NCBI GenBank assembly: GCA_030141605.1
Contig: JAQGDQ010000404.1
Coordinates: forward strand, 146,952-210,951
Direction: 5' to 3'
Source of the DNA: Tubiluchus corallicola
Lineage: Eukaryota > Animalia > Priapulida
DNA: 64,000 bases
Shown here: positions 13,810 to 27,360 of the stretch, in pieces
How the letters are laid out: each line of letters opens with the position of its first letter
Position numbering within the stretch: position 1 is the first letter of the stretch
Program-made: the position numbers and the translations under genes
The notes under the pieces: model-generated
Database searches by the model: none
Told to the model about the DNA's origin: nothing
Seen by the model: the letters and a program-made list of their open reading frames with translations, nothing else

Positions 13810-14811
13810 TTACCAATTAAAATGCATTCCAGTTAGCTGATAAAATTTTTCGTTCTTTAAACGATAATAATCTTTAAGCTTGTTCAGTATATTTGCATCA
13901 ACGTAAGGATGGAGGCGACCTTTGGTGTCTCCTAAACATCTTCCAGGCCTTCCTTTCTTTAAACAATAAAATCCTTTCGTTTCGTTGAAGTAAATATTGT
14001 CCTTCGTAACAAGGTGATCTAAGCCCAAGAAGCTTTCTACCTTTGAAATTTCTCTTATGGGATCTTTGATTAGTTGATCACCATTTACAATATGAATTTG
14101 TTCAGGCGGAAAGTATGCTAACCAACGTTTTAAATGTTTGCAGTAATTGCCCCTGTCTAACATTTCACCAAACGTTTTGCGATAGCTTTCAATCAGAGCA
14201 AACTCTCCAAATGTCGCGTGACACACTTCTTTGTAGTATGGGTCACTGTAGCACATTTCCATATAATCGGAAACAGCCCTTTTCACTGGATCTCGTACTA
14301 GCAGTACAAGCTTAACCGTAGTATTCAAATTTTCATAGATACGAGAAGGTGCATCGATGTTAGCAAAGTAGCTTGGACTTTTCTCGATTGTGATATGGTA
14401 GGAAGATGAATATGGCATAAAACCGCGGTACCGTTCTAAACCAGTAGAGTAAAATTGATGGTTACTGAAAAAATGTGTTTCTTTTTTAGCCGCTGCTATT
14501 TTTGGATGAAGATCAAGCAAGTTTATCAAAAACCTGGTGCCACATTTCTTAGCACCTATTATTATACACTGCGGCAAACGGCGACGGTTATCTTGAGTGC
14601 CAGGAAGGTCTGTGTTCTGATTATCTGAGATATGACGTCCAGTGCTTGTATTTATATTATACCTGCTTCTGATCGACTTGTCTAATTTATTCTTGTTGAA
14701 AGTAATCAGCAGTAAAATCAGATTTGCACAAAAAAGTGCAAATATATAAACGTAAATATTAACTACTCTTCTACTTTTGCCGCTGAACTGAGATATTATC
14801 CTTGGCATCAT
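13810..14811 (-). CDS. Heparan sulfate glucosamine 3-O-sulfotransferase (HS3ST family), single coding exon, 333 aa
   Basis: N-terminal type II TM anchor; LPQCIIIGAKKCGTR (5'-PSB); EKSPSYF; RDPVKRAVSDY (3'-PB); FNETKGFYC...CLGDTKGRLHP. Splice acceptor TTTTTACAG just upstream at 14818-14819. Confidence 0.93.
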   Translation of the reverse strand: MMPRIISQFSGKSRRVVNIYVYIFALFCANLILLLITFNKNKLDKSIRSRYNINTSTGRHISDNQNTDLPGTQDNRRRLPQCIIIGAKKCGTRFLINLLDLHPKIAAAKKETHFFSNHQFYSTGLERYRGFMPYSSSYHITIEKSPSYFANIDAPSRIYENLNTTVKLVLLVRDPVKRAVSDYMEMCYSDPYYKEVCHATFGEFALIESYRKTFGEMLDRGNYCKHLKRWLAYFPPEQIHIVNGDQLIKDPIREISKVESFLGLDHLVTKDNIYFNETKGFYCLKKGRPGRCLGDTKGRLHPYVDANILNKLKDYYRLKNEKFYQLTGMHFNW

Positions 14812-15949
14812 GATAATCTGTAAAAAATAAATTAATTTTACTTTGCTTTAGTTATTTGCGACACTCGTACAATCTACACAACGGTCTTAGGTAACATTAC
14901 CTGCTCAAATGAATACATTTGATGCGAGATGAAAACTTGAAAAAACTTTTAGTGATATCTTTTAACACGAAGTGTACGTATATAATACCTATTAAAATAT
15001 GTATACAACTACGCGTGTGTAATTAAGAGTTTTTATTAATGAATCTGCCGCTGTCAGCGGCTAATTTTCCAAACCGCTCAAGTATGAAACTGTAATAAAA
15101 GATCACCATGCTAGTAAAAACGTTGGTAATTCAGACGTACAACAATTTCACATTTCACCTGCATTTTTTAAGAAGCAAGGCACTAATAAAATAAGATCTA
15201 AAAATTGTTAAATACATATTTGTTAAATAGATATAACATACAGGTTAAAAATCACTTGTTGATGACACGAATAAGCTTGGTTAAATACCTACGTTTTCTA
15301 CTTATACAGACCAGGTGAAATTGGTAGCCACAAGCAACAGTTTAGTAGGCTAATTATCAGATTGTGGGTCAAGTGATTAGGAATTATCTAAAGACAGCAG
15401 ATACATATAACATATTCGTGTAACAACCAGTAATTGCACAATGCGATAGCATACAACTTTTATTAATCATTATTCGCACTTTCAAGTCTGATATATCTAA
15501 TAACGTTTGTTATATTACTAAAAGGCTATGTAAAAACAAATACGTAAACTAAAAAAATTAAAGTCCTACACTGACCAAAGAAGTCTGAACACACTGCAAT
15601 ATAACACAGGCTTAAAAGTCAAAAAGATATGATACACTTCATGTCTGTTGTGAGTCAGTTACAATTTGATAGACACATTCTCCATGTTTTATTCTTACTT
15701 AAAAACAACCAAACTAGGGTAAGATAATGGAGGTGTAGAACTCGTTTAAACAGAAAAATAGTGGAATATAGATAAACATGGCACAGGAAAAAATGGCACG
15801 GATGGAGTAGTAGGAAAATGGCACGTGTTATTTTGATGCAAATGATTTCTATCATAAAACTAGAAAGGATTCAGTAGGGAGAGCAGATCTCCGCCAAAGC
15901 CAGACAATCCTAAACATGTTCGTCTGATTCTTGTGATGGAAAAAACATA

Positions 15950-17640
<1,691 letters not shown>

Positions 17641-18760
17641 TATGATGCATTAACAAAGATAAACAAGCAAACATACCAAAATATACATGTAGAAGTATTA
17701 TATAAATTAGAAAAAGACTCACAAAATATTCTGTTAATCAAATGGAATTATAATCAATAATGCACGAACATTTTTTAACCATTTTGGTGATAATAATAGA
17801 CTGACAAATATACGTATTTACGTACTAAGCCAGCTTATAAGGTTATGTACATGTATAAGCAAAGGTTATAGACAGCGTCACGCGGTTTTCCGGGCAAGAA
17901 TTGATCGAAACGGAACCTGGAACTATAACGTACTTGTTTGTCCTGCTGCCGACTGGTGGAGATAATAAAAAAGAATATAAAAGAGATTTTTTATACGGGA
18001 TGGCTGGTCAAATTTTGTGAAAGAACAGGCGAAATTTTGGCGGTTTTCTCCCCTCCCCCAGTACAAGAATATGCGTCAAAATACATTTTCCCCTAGGCAT
18101 CTTCTCCATATACTTTCGTGAAAATCTGTTAAGTAGTTTTTGCGTGAAAGAATTACTGCTATATAACAAACAAAAAACAACTAAACAAACAAATAGCGTT
18201 GAAGCTTCCTTGGTGCAGATGAAATAACTAAAATAATTATCTCTTTTAAAACCTTAACCATAAACTCATATTTCATAAGTGTTCCATTTTTCATATTTTT
18301 CCATTTGTGCCCTCTTTTCCTATGTCATTTTTACCTGTGCCAATTTTACATGAGCCACTTTTATGGTGCACCGACCAACATGCATGTCTATATCATAACT
18401 GCGTCTATATATACTGTTTGAGTACTCAGATGAAAAAAAATAGTTAGTTTTTAACACACATGCTTTACGGGAAAAGCTGCAAATTTGTCACTGTCAAATC
18501 AAAATTATTCTTCACTGTAATTTATCACATTTTTTTATTTTATTTTTCATGAATCTATTTCTTGGTTGGTGGTATCGGTGGATTGTATGGATAGATTTAT
18601 ATTGGCAACGCCATAAAAAAATAATGGATATTTCATAATTTTTGTAATTAGGTTTCTAGATAAAAATTCTGAATTGGTCTACAGGTGAGCACAATCATTA
18701 GCGATCCTCCTGGTGTACGCTTATGTTCTATAGATATATGTGTGCAGTAAAGCTTGACGC

Positions 18761-20736
18761 ATTACTACGCCGAGCTTGAGACCGCCATCAAAAATATTCC
18801 CGCATCTGAGTACTTGTTCCTGCTTGGAGACTTCAACGCTCGGACCGGCTCCGACCAGTCCCACTGGCCCCGCTGTATTGGTCATTTTGGTGTTGGCAAA
18901 CTGAACGAAAACGGGCAAAGATTACTGGAATTGTGCTCATATCATGATTTATGCATCACGAATACATTCTTCCCCACAAAGCCCATCCACAGAGTGTCCT
19001 GGCGTCACCCCAGATCTCGCCACTGGCACCAATTGGATCTCGTCATTACTCGAAGATCCTCGCTAAACTGTGTCAACAACACACGCAGCTACCATAGCGC
19101 AGATTGCGACACGGACCACTCAATGGTCGCCAGCAAGGTACGTCTACAACCAAAACGTATCCATCATTCAAAGCCAAAAGGACGACCTCGCATTAACACT
19201 GCCAAGTTCGCAGTTCCTGAGCTAGTAAAACGCTATACTGATACCATGAAAGAAGCCCTCAAGGACCACCCAACCGGTAACGCAGATGAAAGATGGAGTC
19301 ACATACGCGATGTAACTTACAAGTCTGCTCTCAACACCTTCGGAAAAAGAGAGAGAGTGAACCCAGACTGGTTTGAAGCTGGAATCATGGACATTGAGCC
19401 AGCTATTTCCCACAAAAGGACTGCTCTCCTCAGTTACAAAGCAAATCCTAGTGAAAGCACACTCGCAGTTCTCAGGAAGGCCAGAAGCGACGTACAGCGG
19501 ATTGCCCGGCAGTGCGCAAACAATTACTGGCAGTCTATATGCCTGAGTATCCAAACGTCAGCTGACCGTGGTAATATTCGCGGCATGTATGAGGGAATGA
19601 AGAAGGCCTTTGGCCCCAGTATCACCAAGATTGCCCCTGTGAAGTCCACCACTGGAGAAATCATCACTGACCGTGCCAAACAAATGGAGAGATGGGCAGA
19701 ACACTACCAAAAGCTGTTCTCAAGACAAACCACTGTCACAGAAAGAGCTGTGGAATACACGACCCCCTTGCCAGTCATGGAGGAGCTCGACGATCCACCT
19801 ACCAGTGAGGAGCTCATCAAAGCTATCGACTCTCTGGCGAGCGGCAAAGCTCCTGGAAGTGATGGTATACCCCCAGAGGCCATTAAAGCAGGTAAACAAA
19901 CCTGTCTCCTCGAGCATTTGCACGACCTCCTTTTACAATGCTGGGATGAAGGTACTGTGCCTCAGGACATGCGTGATGCCAACATCATTACCCTTTACAA
20001 AAATAAAGGCGATCGGAGCGATTGCAACAACTATCGCGGAATATCCCTCCTCTCCACCGTGGGAAAGACCTTTGCCCGCGTGCTACTAAACAGACTCCAC
20101 CGTCTCGCCGAACGGGTTTACCCAGAAGCACAATGCGGTTTCAGGGCAGAGAGATCCACCATCGACATGATATTCTCTCTAAGACAGCTCCAGGAAAAAT
20201 GCCGCGAACAACGACGGCCCCTGTTTATAGCATTCATTGACTTGACCAAAGCATTTGATTTGGTTAGCAGATCGGGCCTGTTTACACTCCTGCAGAGAAT
20301 TGGATGCCCCCCAAAGCTGCTGAGACTGATTACTTCCTTCCACGAGGAAATGAAAGGTACTGTTCAGTCCGACGGCTCTTCCTCACACCCATTCCCAATC
20401 AAAAGCGGAGTTAAACAAGGATGTGTCCTCGCCCCAACCCTCTTTGGTATCCTGTTCTCTCTGCTGCTGCGCTATGCATTTAAAGAAACTGAAGAGGGAG
20501 TCTATTTACACACACGAAGCGACGGCAGCCTGTTCAACCTCTCTCGTCTCCGAGCAAAGTCACGGGTTCGCAAAGTTCTCATTCGTGAAATGCTGTTTGC
20601 AGATGATGCCGCACTGACAGCTCACACTGAAGCCGGCCTCCAAGGCCTCATTGACAACTTTGCCCATACCTGCAGTGAGTTTGGCCTCACAATCAGCATC
20701 CAAAAGACCAAGGTTTTAGGCCATCTCCATCGATGA
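18761..20736 (+). pseudogene. RTE ORF, part 1: partial AP endonuclease and reverse transcriptase
   Basis: LGDFNAR, DLVITR, DTDHSMV (APE); KAPGSDGIP, NYRGISLL, FIDLTKAFD, GVKQGCVLAP, LFADD (RT). Frameshift after KTKVLG at ~20720. Confidence 0.92.
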
Positions 20737-21526
20737 CTGCTGCCTTGACGTGGTGGAAGATTTCACCTATCTTGGTTCTGTTATTTCCAGCAATCTTAGC
20801 TTGGCCACAGAACTGAACTCCAGAATCGGCAAGGCCTCATCAACGATGGCTCGCTTAACAAAGAGGGTGTGGGAAAACAACATGCTGACTATCAGGACAA
20901 AGTCCCAGGTGTACCAAGCCTGTGTACTGAGCACACTGTTGTACGGGAGCGAGAGTTGGACTCTGTATAGCCATCAAGAACGCAGGCTCAATGCTTTCCA
21001 CCAACGCTGCCTCAGAAGAATCCTGGGCATCTCATGGCAGGAGCACATAACCAACAAGGATGTGCTAGCAAAAGCTGGAATCCCTAGCATGTATGCCATA
21101 CTCACCAACAGACGTCTGCGCTGGCTAGGCCATGTTTCCCGCATGCAGGACGGCAGATTGCCCAAGGACATTCTGTACGGTGAGCTTGCTACTGGCTCCC
21201 GACCCACCGGGAGGCCACTGCTCCGCTACAAAGATGTATGTAAACGGGACCTCAAGGCAGGCGGCATGACACCAGCAAATTACGAGGCGCTTGCGGCAGA
21301 TCGAAGCAACTGGAAATCTGCTGTTAGGACAGCCATTAACAGAGCGGAGAAAACGAGGGAGGAAAAACAAGAGGATAAAAGGACTCGCAGGCACCAGAAT
21401 GATGCCCTACCTCATCCGGATGAAACAGCCTTCCAATGTGTAACCTGCAGCCGGAACTGCCGCTCAAGGATCGGACTGCTCAGTCACAGTCGACGCTGCA
21501 GCTCCATCAATTTTATTAATAACTGA
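20720..21526 (+). pseudogene. RTE ORF, part 2: RT thumb/C-terminus with C2HC zinc finger
   Basis: AISIDDCCLDVVEDFTYLGS, LLYGSESW, RRLRWLGHV and CVTCSRNCRSRIGLLSHSRRC. Confidence 0.92.
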
Positions 21527-22090
21527 CTCTCTTGGCGCACAATCCATTGTCTTTCGAGACACAAGGATGCCAACAACAACAAAGCTTGACGCGATTCTTG
21601 ACGCTAATTTCAGTTAGCGTTCTTTCAGCCATTGACGCTCTTTCCTTGCCATTAGTAGGGCGCTTAAGAATTCGTGGACTTTCCAAGAGATAACTTAATT
21701 GACAATTAGGTCTCTATAATTATAACGCTAGATATTGGTTCTTGTGACTTCAAAGCTGGCAGTCATCCTTGGCCAAGTTAAATTGAAAAGAATACGCAAT
21801 ATACATGTTCAAAGATTTTCGAATTCAATGCATTTTTAGTTATATGATCTATACAAGTAATTGTGATAACAGGATTATTTAAATCTCGCGAGATGGATTA
21901 AACTGGCTACGCTTTTTAAGTGATAACTGTTTATATATCATTATGAAATACTGCGTCATAATTATTTTATTTTTAAAGATTATATAAAACTGCATAAATA
22001 AGTTTTAAAAACTGCAAGTAAGTCTTTAGTGCCAATTTTCCAACAATGCTTTCTGGTAACGCTTGAATACGTACGTGCAGCCACCTTTCT

Positions 22091-22338
22091 CTAGACCAGA
22101 AAAGCTGTAACTACTGCAATAAAAGTAAACGTTGTAACCCAGTAAGTTACCATCGAGTCAGTGGAATTAGAACTTTCTTTCTTAGTTGGTTTACTTGGTG
22201 TACATTTGGCAAAGTCGGAACGCTTGATGGGGTTGCGGTCATGCAAATAACGAGCAGGTAGTTCACAGTCAATGTCGGAAACTTGCCAAGATTTAAGTTT
22301 AGTCCACGCCAGCTTGCAGTCACAGATTAGTGGTCCAC
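22091..22338 (-). CDS. Divergent LRR cell-surface protein, exon 2 (LRRCT, stalk, hydrophobic GPI-signal-like tail)
   Basis: Acceptor TTATTCAG|G in phase with exon 1. GGPLICDCKLAW...DC.LP is an LRR C-cap, followed by a S/T/K/P stalk and C-terminal YWVTTFTFIAVVTAFLV*. Confidence 0.75.
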
Positions 22339-22673
22339 CTGAATAATAAACGCTAATTAGCATATGAAATATTGAAATCGCCTGGTTTACAGTCAAGTGC
22401 TGACATTTATATCTTTTCCTAAAACAAAATCTTTTCTTAAATTGGTTATCATGATTTTTACTGCACCTTGCAGTCACAGAATAGTGGCCCGTCTGAGTAA
22501 AAGCTACTGAATGGCTTCAAGTATCAACATGTAGGAAAAATACGCGTTGAAATCCGAAACGTTTCAGAAGCTCTTGGAATTACTGGAATGAAAGTGATTT
22601 TAGTTTTATCGCTGGCGGTGACCATTTTTATTTGGATCTCATTCCACCAGAACCAAACGACATCTTAACTTAC

Positions 22674-23334
22674 CTATAATGGTAAGGCTTATCTTTGAAG
22701 TCTTTGTGTTGGGATGAAGCTTTGGCATGCTCATCCGTTTCAATGTAGTCCACTCGATATGAATTTTCTTGATTTTCGGGTTATGCGATAAATCTAAATC
22801 AAGTTTTTGAAAACTACCATGGTAAATAAACATTGCGGCCAAATCCTTCATTCTGAAGAAAGCCTTTGGATGAATATAAGTAAGATTAAACATGTCGACG
22901 AGTAGCAAATTTTTAGCATTGCCATAGATGGCACCACTATCCAAGCGTGATAAAGTAGTAGCACTGTTTGCCCGAACAAGTTGTATCTTGGATGCGACTA
23001 TTCCTTTTAAAAATTGCGGTGGCAGTTTTTCATCTGTATACTGATGAATGGATAAGGTGTTCATGTGACGAGGAAGTTTCCTTTCAATCGCTTGCCATGT
23101 TTTTTGGTCAATGGGGGCCAATTTGTCACTGGTGCCCCCACACCTAATATTGCAGGGTCTAGCGGTGATAACTTCACAAAGGCGGTGAAAATATCTTTGC
23201 ATATAGTTGCATGATAATCTAGCAGCTACGTCCACGGCGGAACGTTCTTCACGAGCAAGCGCTTGGGGGTGCCGTCTTGTTACTCCTAACAAAATTACTA
23301 GATGTAAAAAACTTTGATACAACAACGTCATCAT
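22674..23334 (-). CDS. Divergent LRR cell-surface protein, exon 1 (signal peptide, Cys cap, degenerate LRRs); spliced product 302 aa
   Basis: Hydrophobic N-terminus, 4 Cys, LRR-like LSRLDSGAI, NLTYIHPKAFFRMKDL and LDLSHNPKI. Donor ATAG|GTAAGT at 22674/22673. 661+248 = 909 nt open frame. Confidence 0.78.
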
Positions 23335-24064
23335 AGAGCCTTACGTTGTAAGTAATGAGCGCTTACGCTGAAACTAGTTCAAAAAGTTACACCAGTGTAA
23401 CAATATGAACCTCTATAACAATGATTGGAGCCTATTGTGACGTCAGTGGCACTTTGACTAAAAGAAGTAGGCCTAAAGGTTTTTCATCTGGCCTATATTG
23501 TATGCTATAGAACTAGTCAAGTAGCTTTGGTGAGCATTAACCATAGACTTGTGACACTAATTTATTTGCAGTTCCTATATTTCATTAGAAATCCATCCGT
23601 CAGGTCTTGACCATTTACACCTGAAGCTCACGAAATTCCTTCAGCCCCATAAATTAATGAGTTAAAAACTCCCACCAAAAAAACTTTGCTCATTTTATTG
23701 ATAATACCAATGCATTTCACGTTTGCGGCCTACAATATCTTACAAAAGCAATCGAAAGTGGCTGGTCTGGTGTCAGCTCTTAACAGCAGCGGCAGGGCGT
23801 TTGAATGTTGTTCACAGAACACCGATGTTGGTCCTCACCTTGGTTTTTAAAATAATAAAAATATTCAGCCTGCATTTCTGGGCTGGGGTTCATATGACAC
23901 CATTCATATGACGACAAATCTGAGGTAAAAATGCACTTTATTACTTAAAAACAACAAAACATCAAATCCAAATATCAACACAAATCGAAAAGGAAAGCAT
24001 CACTAACCACGATAATTTGAGATATCTCACCATTGAAGAAGCAATATATTGTAATATTATACCT

Positions 24065-24124
24065 ACAGTTGTTGCAAGTGAAGTCATATCCCAACAGTTG
24101 TTTGCAAGTGAAGTCATATCCCAA
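24065..24124. repeat. ~30-bp tandem duplication
   Basis: CAGTTGT(T)TGCAAGTGAAGTCATATCCCAA occurs twice. Confidence 0.85.
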
Positions 24125-25850
24125 GTTAAAGTCTTATTCCAAACAGTTATAAAAGCTTTATTTTGAATTTCCATTTAACTAGCTTTCACTACTAATACAC
24201 GTAACATGTAATTTAAGGACTTTAGTAAAAAAGGAGTTTTCACGAGCACAAAAGAGAACTATTCATTTCTTTAAATGTTGCAAAGTTCAGCAATTAGAAA
24301 GAGCAATTAAAATTAATTGCTTCTCATAAAAAGATTTCATTTGTTTACACAGTGAGCACAACACCTGTTTACAAATGATTGCTGACCATTGATAAGATAT
24401 ACCGCTTCATAACTTTATATATAAATAAATAAAATAAATACCCCAAATCGATAAATAAAATGTTTTTGTCATATTAGTCATTACGTTTCTCATTACGTTA
24501 GTCAAATGTAAGGCGACATTAATAAATAAAAGCATGTGTAAGGTTTCTAAAATATTTACAGCGAACACGCTCAAAATGTTTTTAGTCAAATCAGTTAAAT
24601 TTATCCGCATATACGCCCTGAGTTACGAAAAAACGTTTTTCAACAAAAAACTGAGAAAACTTCCCAAATCATAATTTAATATGATTATTATAATAATGAA
24701 CATTATGAATAATATGAACATTATAATATGAAATTACTTAAAGCACAAGAAAACCCTCCACTTACATAAAGCTTAAAAAATTGTCTTGAAATTTTATATC
24801 AGTTGCTGTCTTTTTGCATATTAGATTTGCGTCAGCAATATCGCTGTATAAAACATGTACATTTAGATTCCCGCAATGACCGTTAAACGCAGCCATTTTG
24901 ATGATATGTCATTTTAAACAAGTTTAGATAACATGGTGTAAAGTTTGAAAAAATAATCAGAACATTCGTGGTGGACACGCTACTAAGTAAAATTTAAAAC
25001 TACTGTATCTTGTAAATAAGATTAAATATACGTTTTTGGTAAGTGAGTGGTGCACCCTTGGTGAAGGCATTTTAAATAATTAATAATTTTTTTCTAGTTA
25101 CACAAGTCCTTCAAGCAGGTTAGCAAAATGCTAAGTAATATAATTTACATGCAATGTTTTTTAGGACATAGTTTAACATTTACCTTTCTTCCCCTGGTTT
25201 ACGTTGTGCACACATGATGCAATGTAGTGGCACAGTCGGAAGTTTAAAATGAAAATAAACAAAAAATCCCTTTAACACGAGTATGATATACGCATAAAAT
25301 TGCTATAAAGTAATATAATTTTTTAAGGCAATTTTTTTTAAACTTACTTCATATATCCATTTTCTTGTCCTTCAAACCAGTTTTACGAATTTAACAACAG
25401 CAAGATGAGAGATGAAGTAAAATGAGAAATAATTTGGCCTAATTTCAATATTTACGAGCACAAATTTGTTTTCTTGAGCTTTATGAACAGCGCAAAAAAA
25501 TTCAGTAAAAATAAAAAATACATAATGACAAAGGAATAAAAGAAAATTTTAAATATATATATAAAACTAATTTCAAGTTATCAACATCACAAAACAACCT
25601 GTGGTGACTTGTTTACGATGAGCTTTATCAATCAAATATGAATACTAACTCCAGTAGTATTGCCACAACAACCAGCATAAATTAACAACAATAACAGGTC
25701 ATATGGAAAAACACTTTTGCTTAACATAACTGCTGTACTTTTGAGGTTATGCAATTGGCGAGCACAAAGTCTTAAGATGTGTATTTAGAATACCTTCAAC
25801 TTGTAATTTAAAAGCTTAATGCATAATTCGTTATTTTATCCAAGTAAGTA

Positions 25851-26155
25851 CAGGTAGTCGTCGAAATATGATCACAATCGAGTCCGGCTGATTGGTTGTA
25901 AGAGGAATTAGATGCAAGTCGGACACGTATATTCAAGTGGTGTGCCCCTACATCCAACACATCGCGTTTGCGCAGTATGGCAGCATCTTGATGAATTTAT
26001 CGAAACAGACAGCGACTTAAAGTTTACTTGTTTAAAAATACATGGAAATATGAGTTATAGTTAGTTTTGTATAATTAATTAATTAAGTTATTTGAGGTCG
26101 GGTTTTGAAGTCGAATACTGCTAAGTCACATAGCTTGCAAGTTGACGGCTACCTG
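25851..26155. mobile_element. pogo/Tigger-like MITE
   Basis: TA|CAGGTAGTCGTCGA ... TTGACGGCTACCTG|TA: terminal inverted repeats with TA on both sides. Confidence 0.7.
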
Positions 26156-26318
26156 TACACGCATTTTGCATAAATATGGCACATTAAATGCACAGCAGAT
26201 AAACTCAAATGTCTAGGTTAACTATGTTCGTGCATACACCAGAAGGCTCACATCAATGATAAGTTCTCTGTGCATCAGTGCCAACAAAAGTTCTTAAGGC
26301 ACTGATTTAACTCTTGTG

Positions 26319-26470
26319 TCAAGTAAGTTTCTGTGCTATGGCTGTCTGCGCTGCTTGATTAGCTTTCTGAATAACCAGCGGACATTTCTCTCTTCGCATC
26401 AGTCTGTGATCCTGGAAAAAACCTTCATTGTGTGGAAGACCATGAGATCTATCTTGGAATGTTACCAAAC
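26319..26470 (-). CDS. MORN4: MORN4, coding exon 3
   Basis: Acceptor TTTCATAG|GT, then LVTFQDRSHGLPHNEGFFQDHRLMRREKCPLVIQKANQAAQTAIAQKLT*, matching the MORN4 C-terminus. Confidence 0.9.
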
Positions 26471-26577
26471 CTATGAAAATATTATTACTATTAAGTTAAA
26501 GCTATTATTGGAAATTGACATTGTAAATCTACATGTTGTTAAGTTGGACTTTACTAAAGTTAAGTCAAACATTACTA

Positions 26578-26817
<240 letters not shown>

Positions 26818-27178
26818 CTATACAAGTAACCAAGCCTATTCCCAATACAGATTAAGAACTATTATCTACTTCAGTTTTGACTGCAAGCCAACATTGCAAA
26901 TGTCAGAAACAATAAAATCAGCTCAACTTACTGTTTTGATTTGCTGTTACTGTCACAGTTTTTGACAAAGACTAGCAAAAATATGAATGGTTATTGATTT
27001 AAATATAAATACGAAGACCTTGACGAATTAGAACAAAATTTCACAAGGTATTATAAGCAACTGATTTACATAATGGGCAAAGTATATATTGAACAGAAAG
27101 TTCATTGCAAAACAAAACAGGGCTTAGGAGAAAGTAAATATGTAGTCAGAAAACTGAAGATATGACTGAGATAGTTAC

Positions 27179-27360
27179 TTTGAGTTATCTGGGAACTGCA
27201 TAACTCCATAACCATGGCACATGCCCTGCTCAAACCTTCCGTCATAATTTGCACCGTCTGGAAAACTCATGTATCCCAAACCATGTCTCTGTCCTTGTTC
27301 ATTCCATTCTCCGGTATATTCTGACCCATCCAGGTACCTATAGGTTCCATGAGTAGGCAT
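27179..27360 (-). CDS. MORN4: MORN repeat-containing protein 4 (retinophilin homolog), coding exon 1; spliced product 147 aa
   Basis: MPTHGTYRYLDGSEYTGEWNEQGQRHGLG...YDGRFEQGMCHGYG (MORN YxGxW/F motifs). Donor AA|GTAAC. Exons 182+110+152 = 444 nt in frame. Confidence 0.92.

Larger units (their letters stand above)
18761..21580 (+). mobile_element. RTE-clade (BovB-like) LINE, 5'-truncated, young insertion
   Basis: Perfect 12-bp TSD AAAGCTTGACGC at 18749-18760 and 21581-21592; (CAA)n tail at 21571-21580; APE endonuclease plus RT plus C-terminal zinc finger; visibly GC-richer than the flanks. Confidence 0.95.

Noticed and set aside
20715-20740. Programmed ribosomal frameshift in the RTE ORF
   Set aside because: The linker looks shortened relative to recalled RTE sequences and RTEs normally have one continuous ORF, so a deletion is the simpler explanation.
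19222-21394. Overlapping alternative-frame and antisense ORFs in the RTE element
   Set aside because: Shadow ORFs of a GC-rich coding sequence.
22502-22571. Hammerhead-ribozyme-like hairpin (CTGAATG...CGAAACGTT) in the LRR gene intron
   Set aside because: The core reads CUGAAUG rather than CUGANGA, and that segment pairs with the downstream TTCAG, so it is a simple imperfect hairpin.
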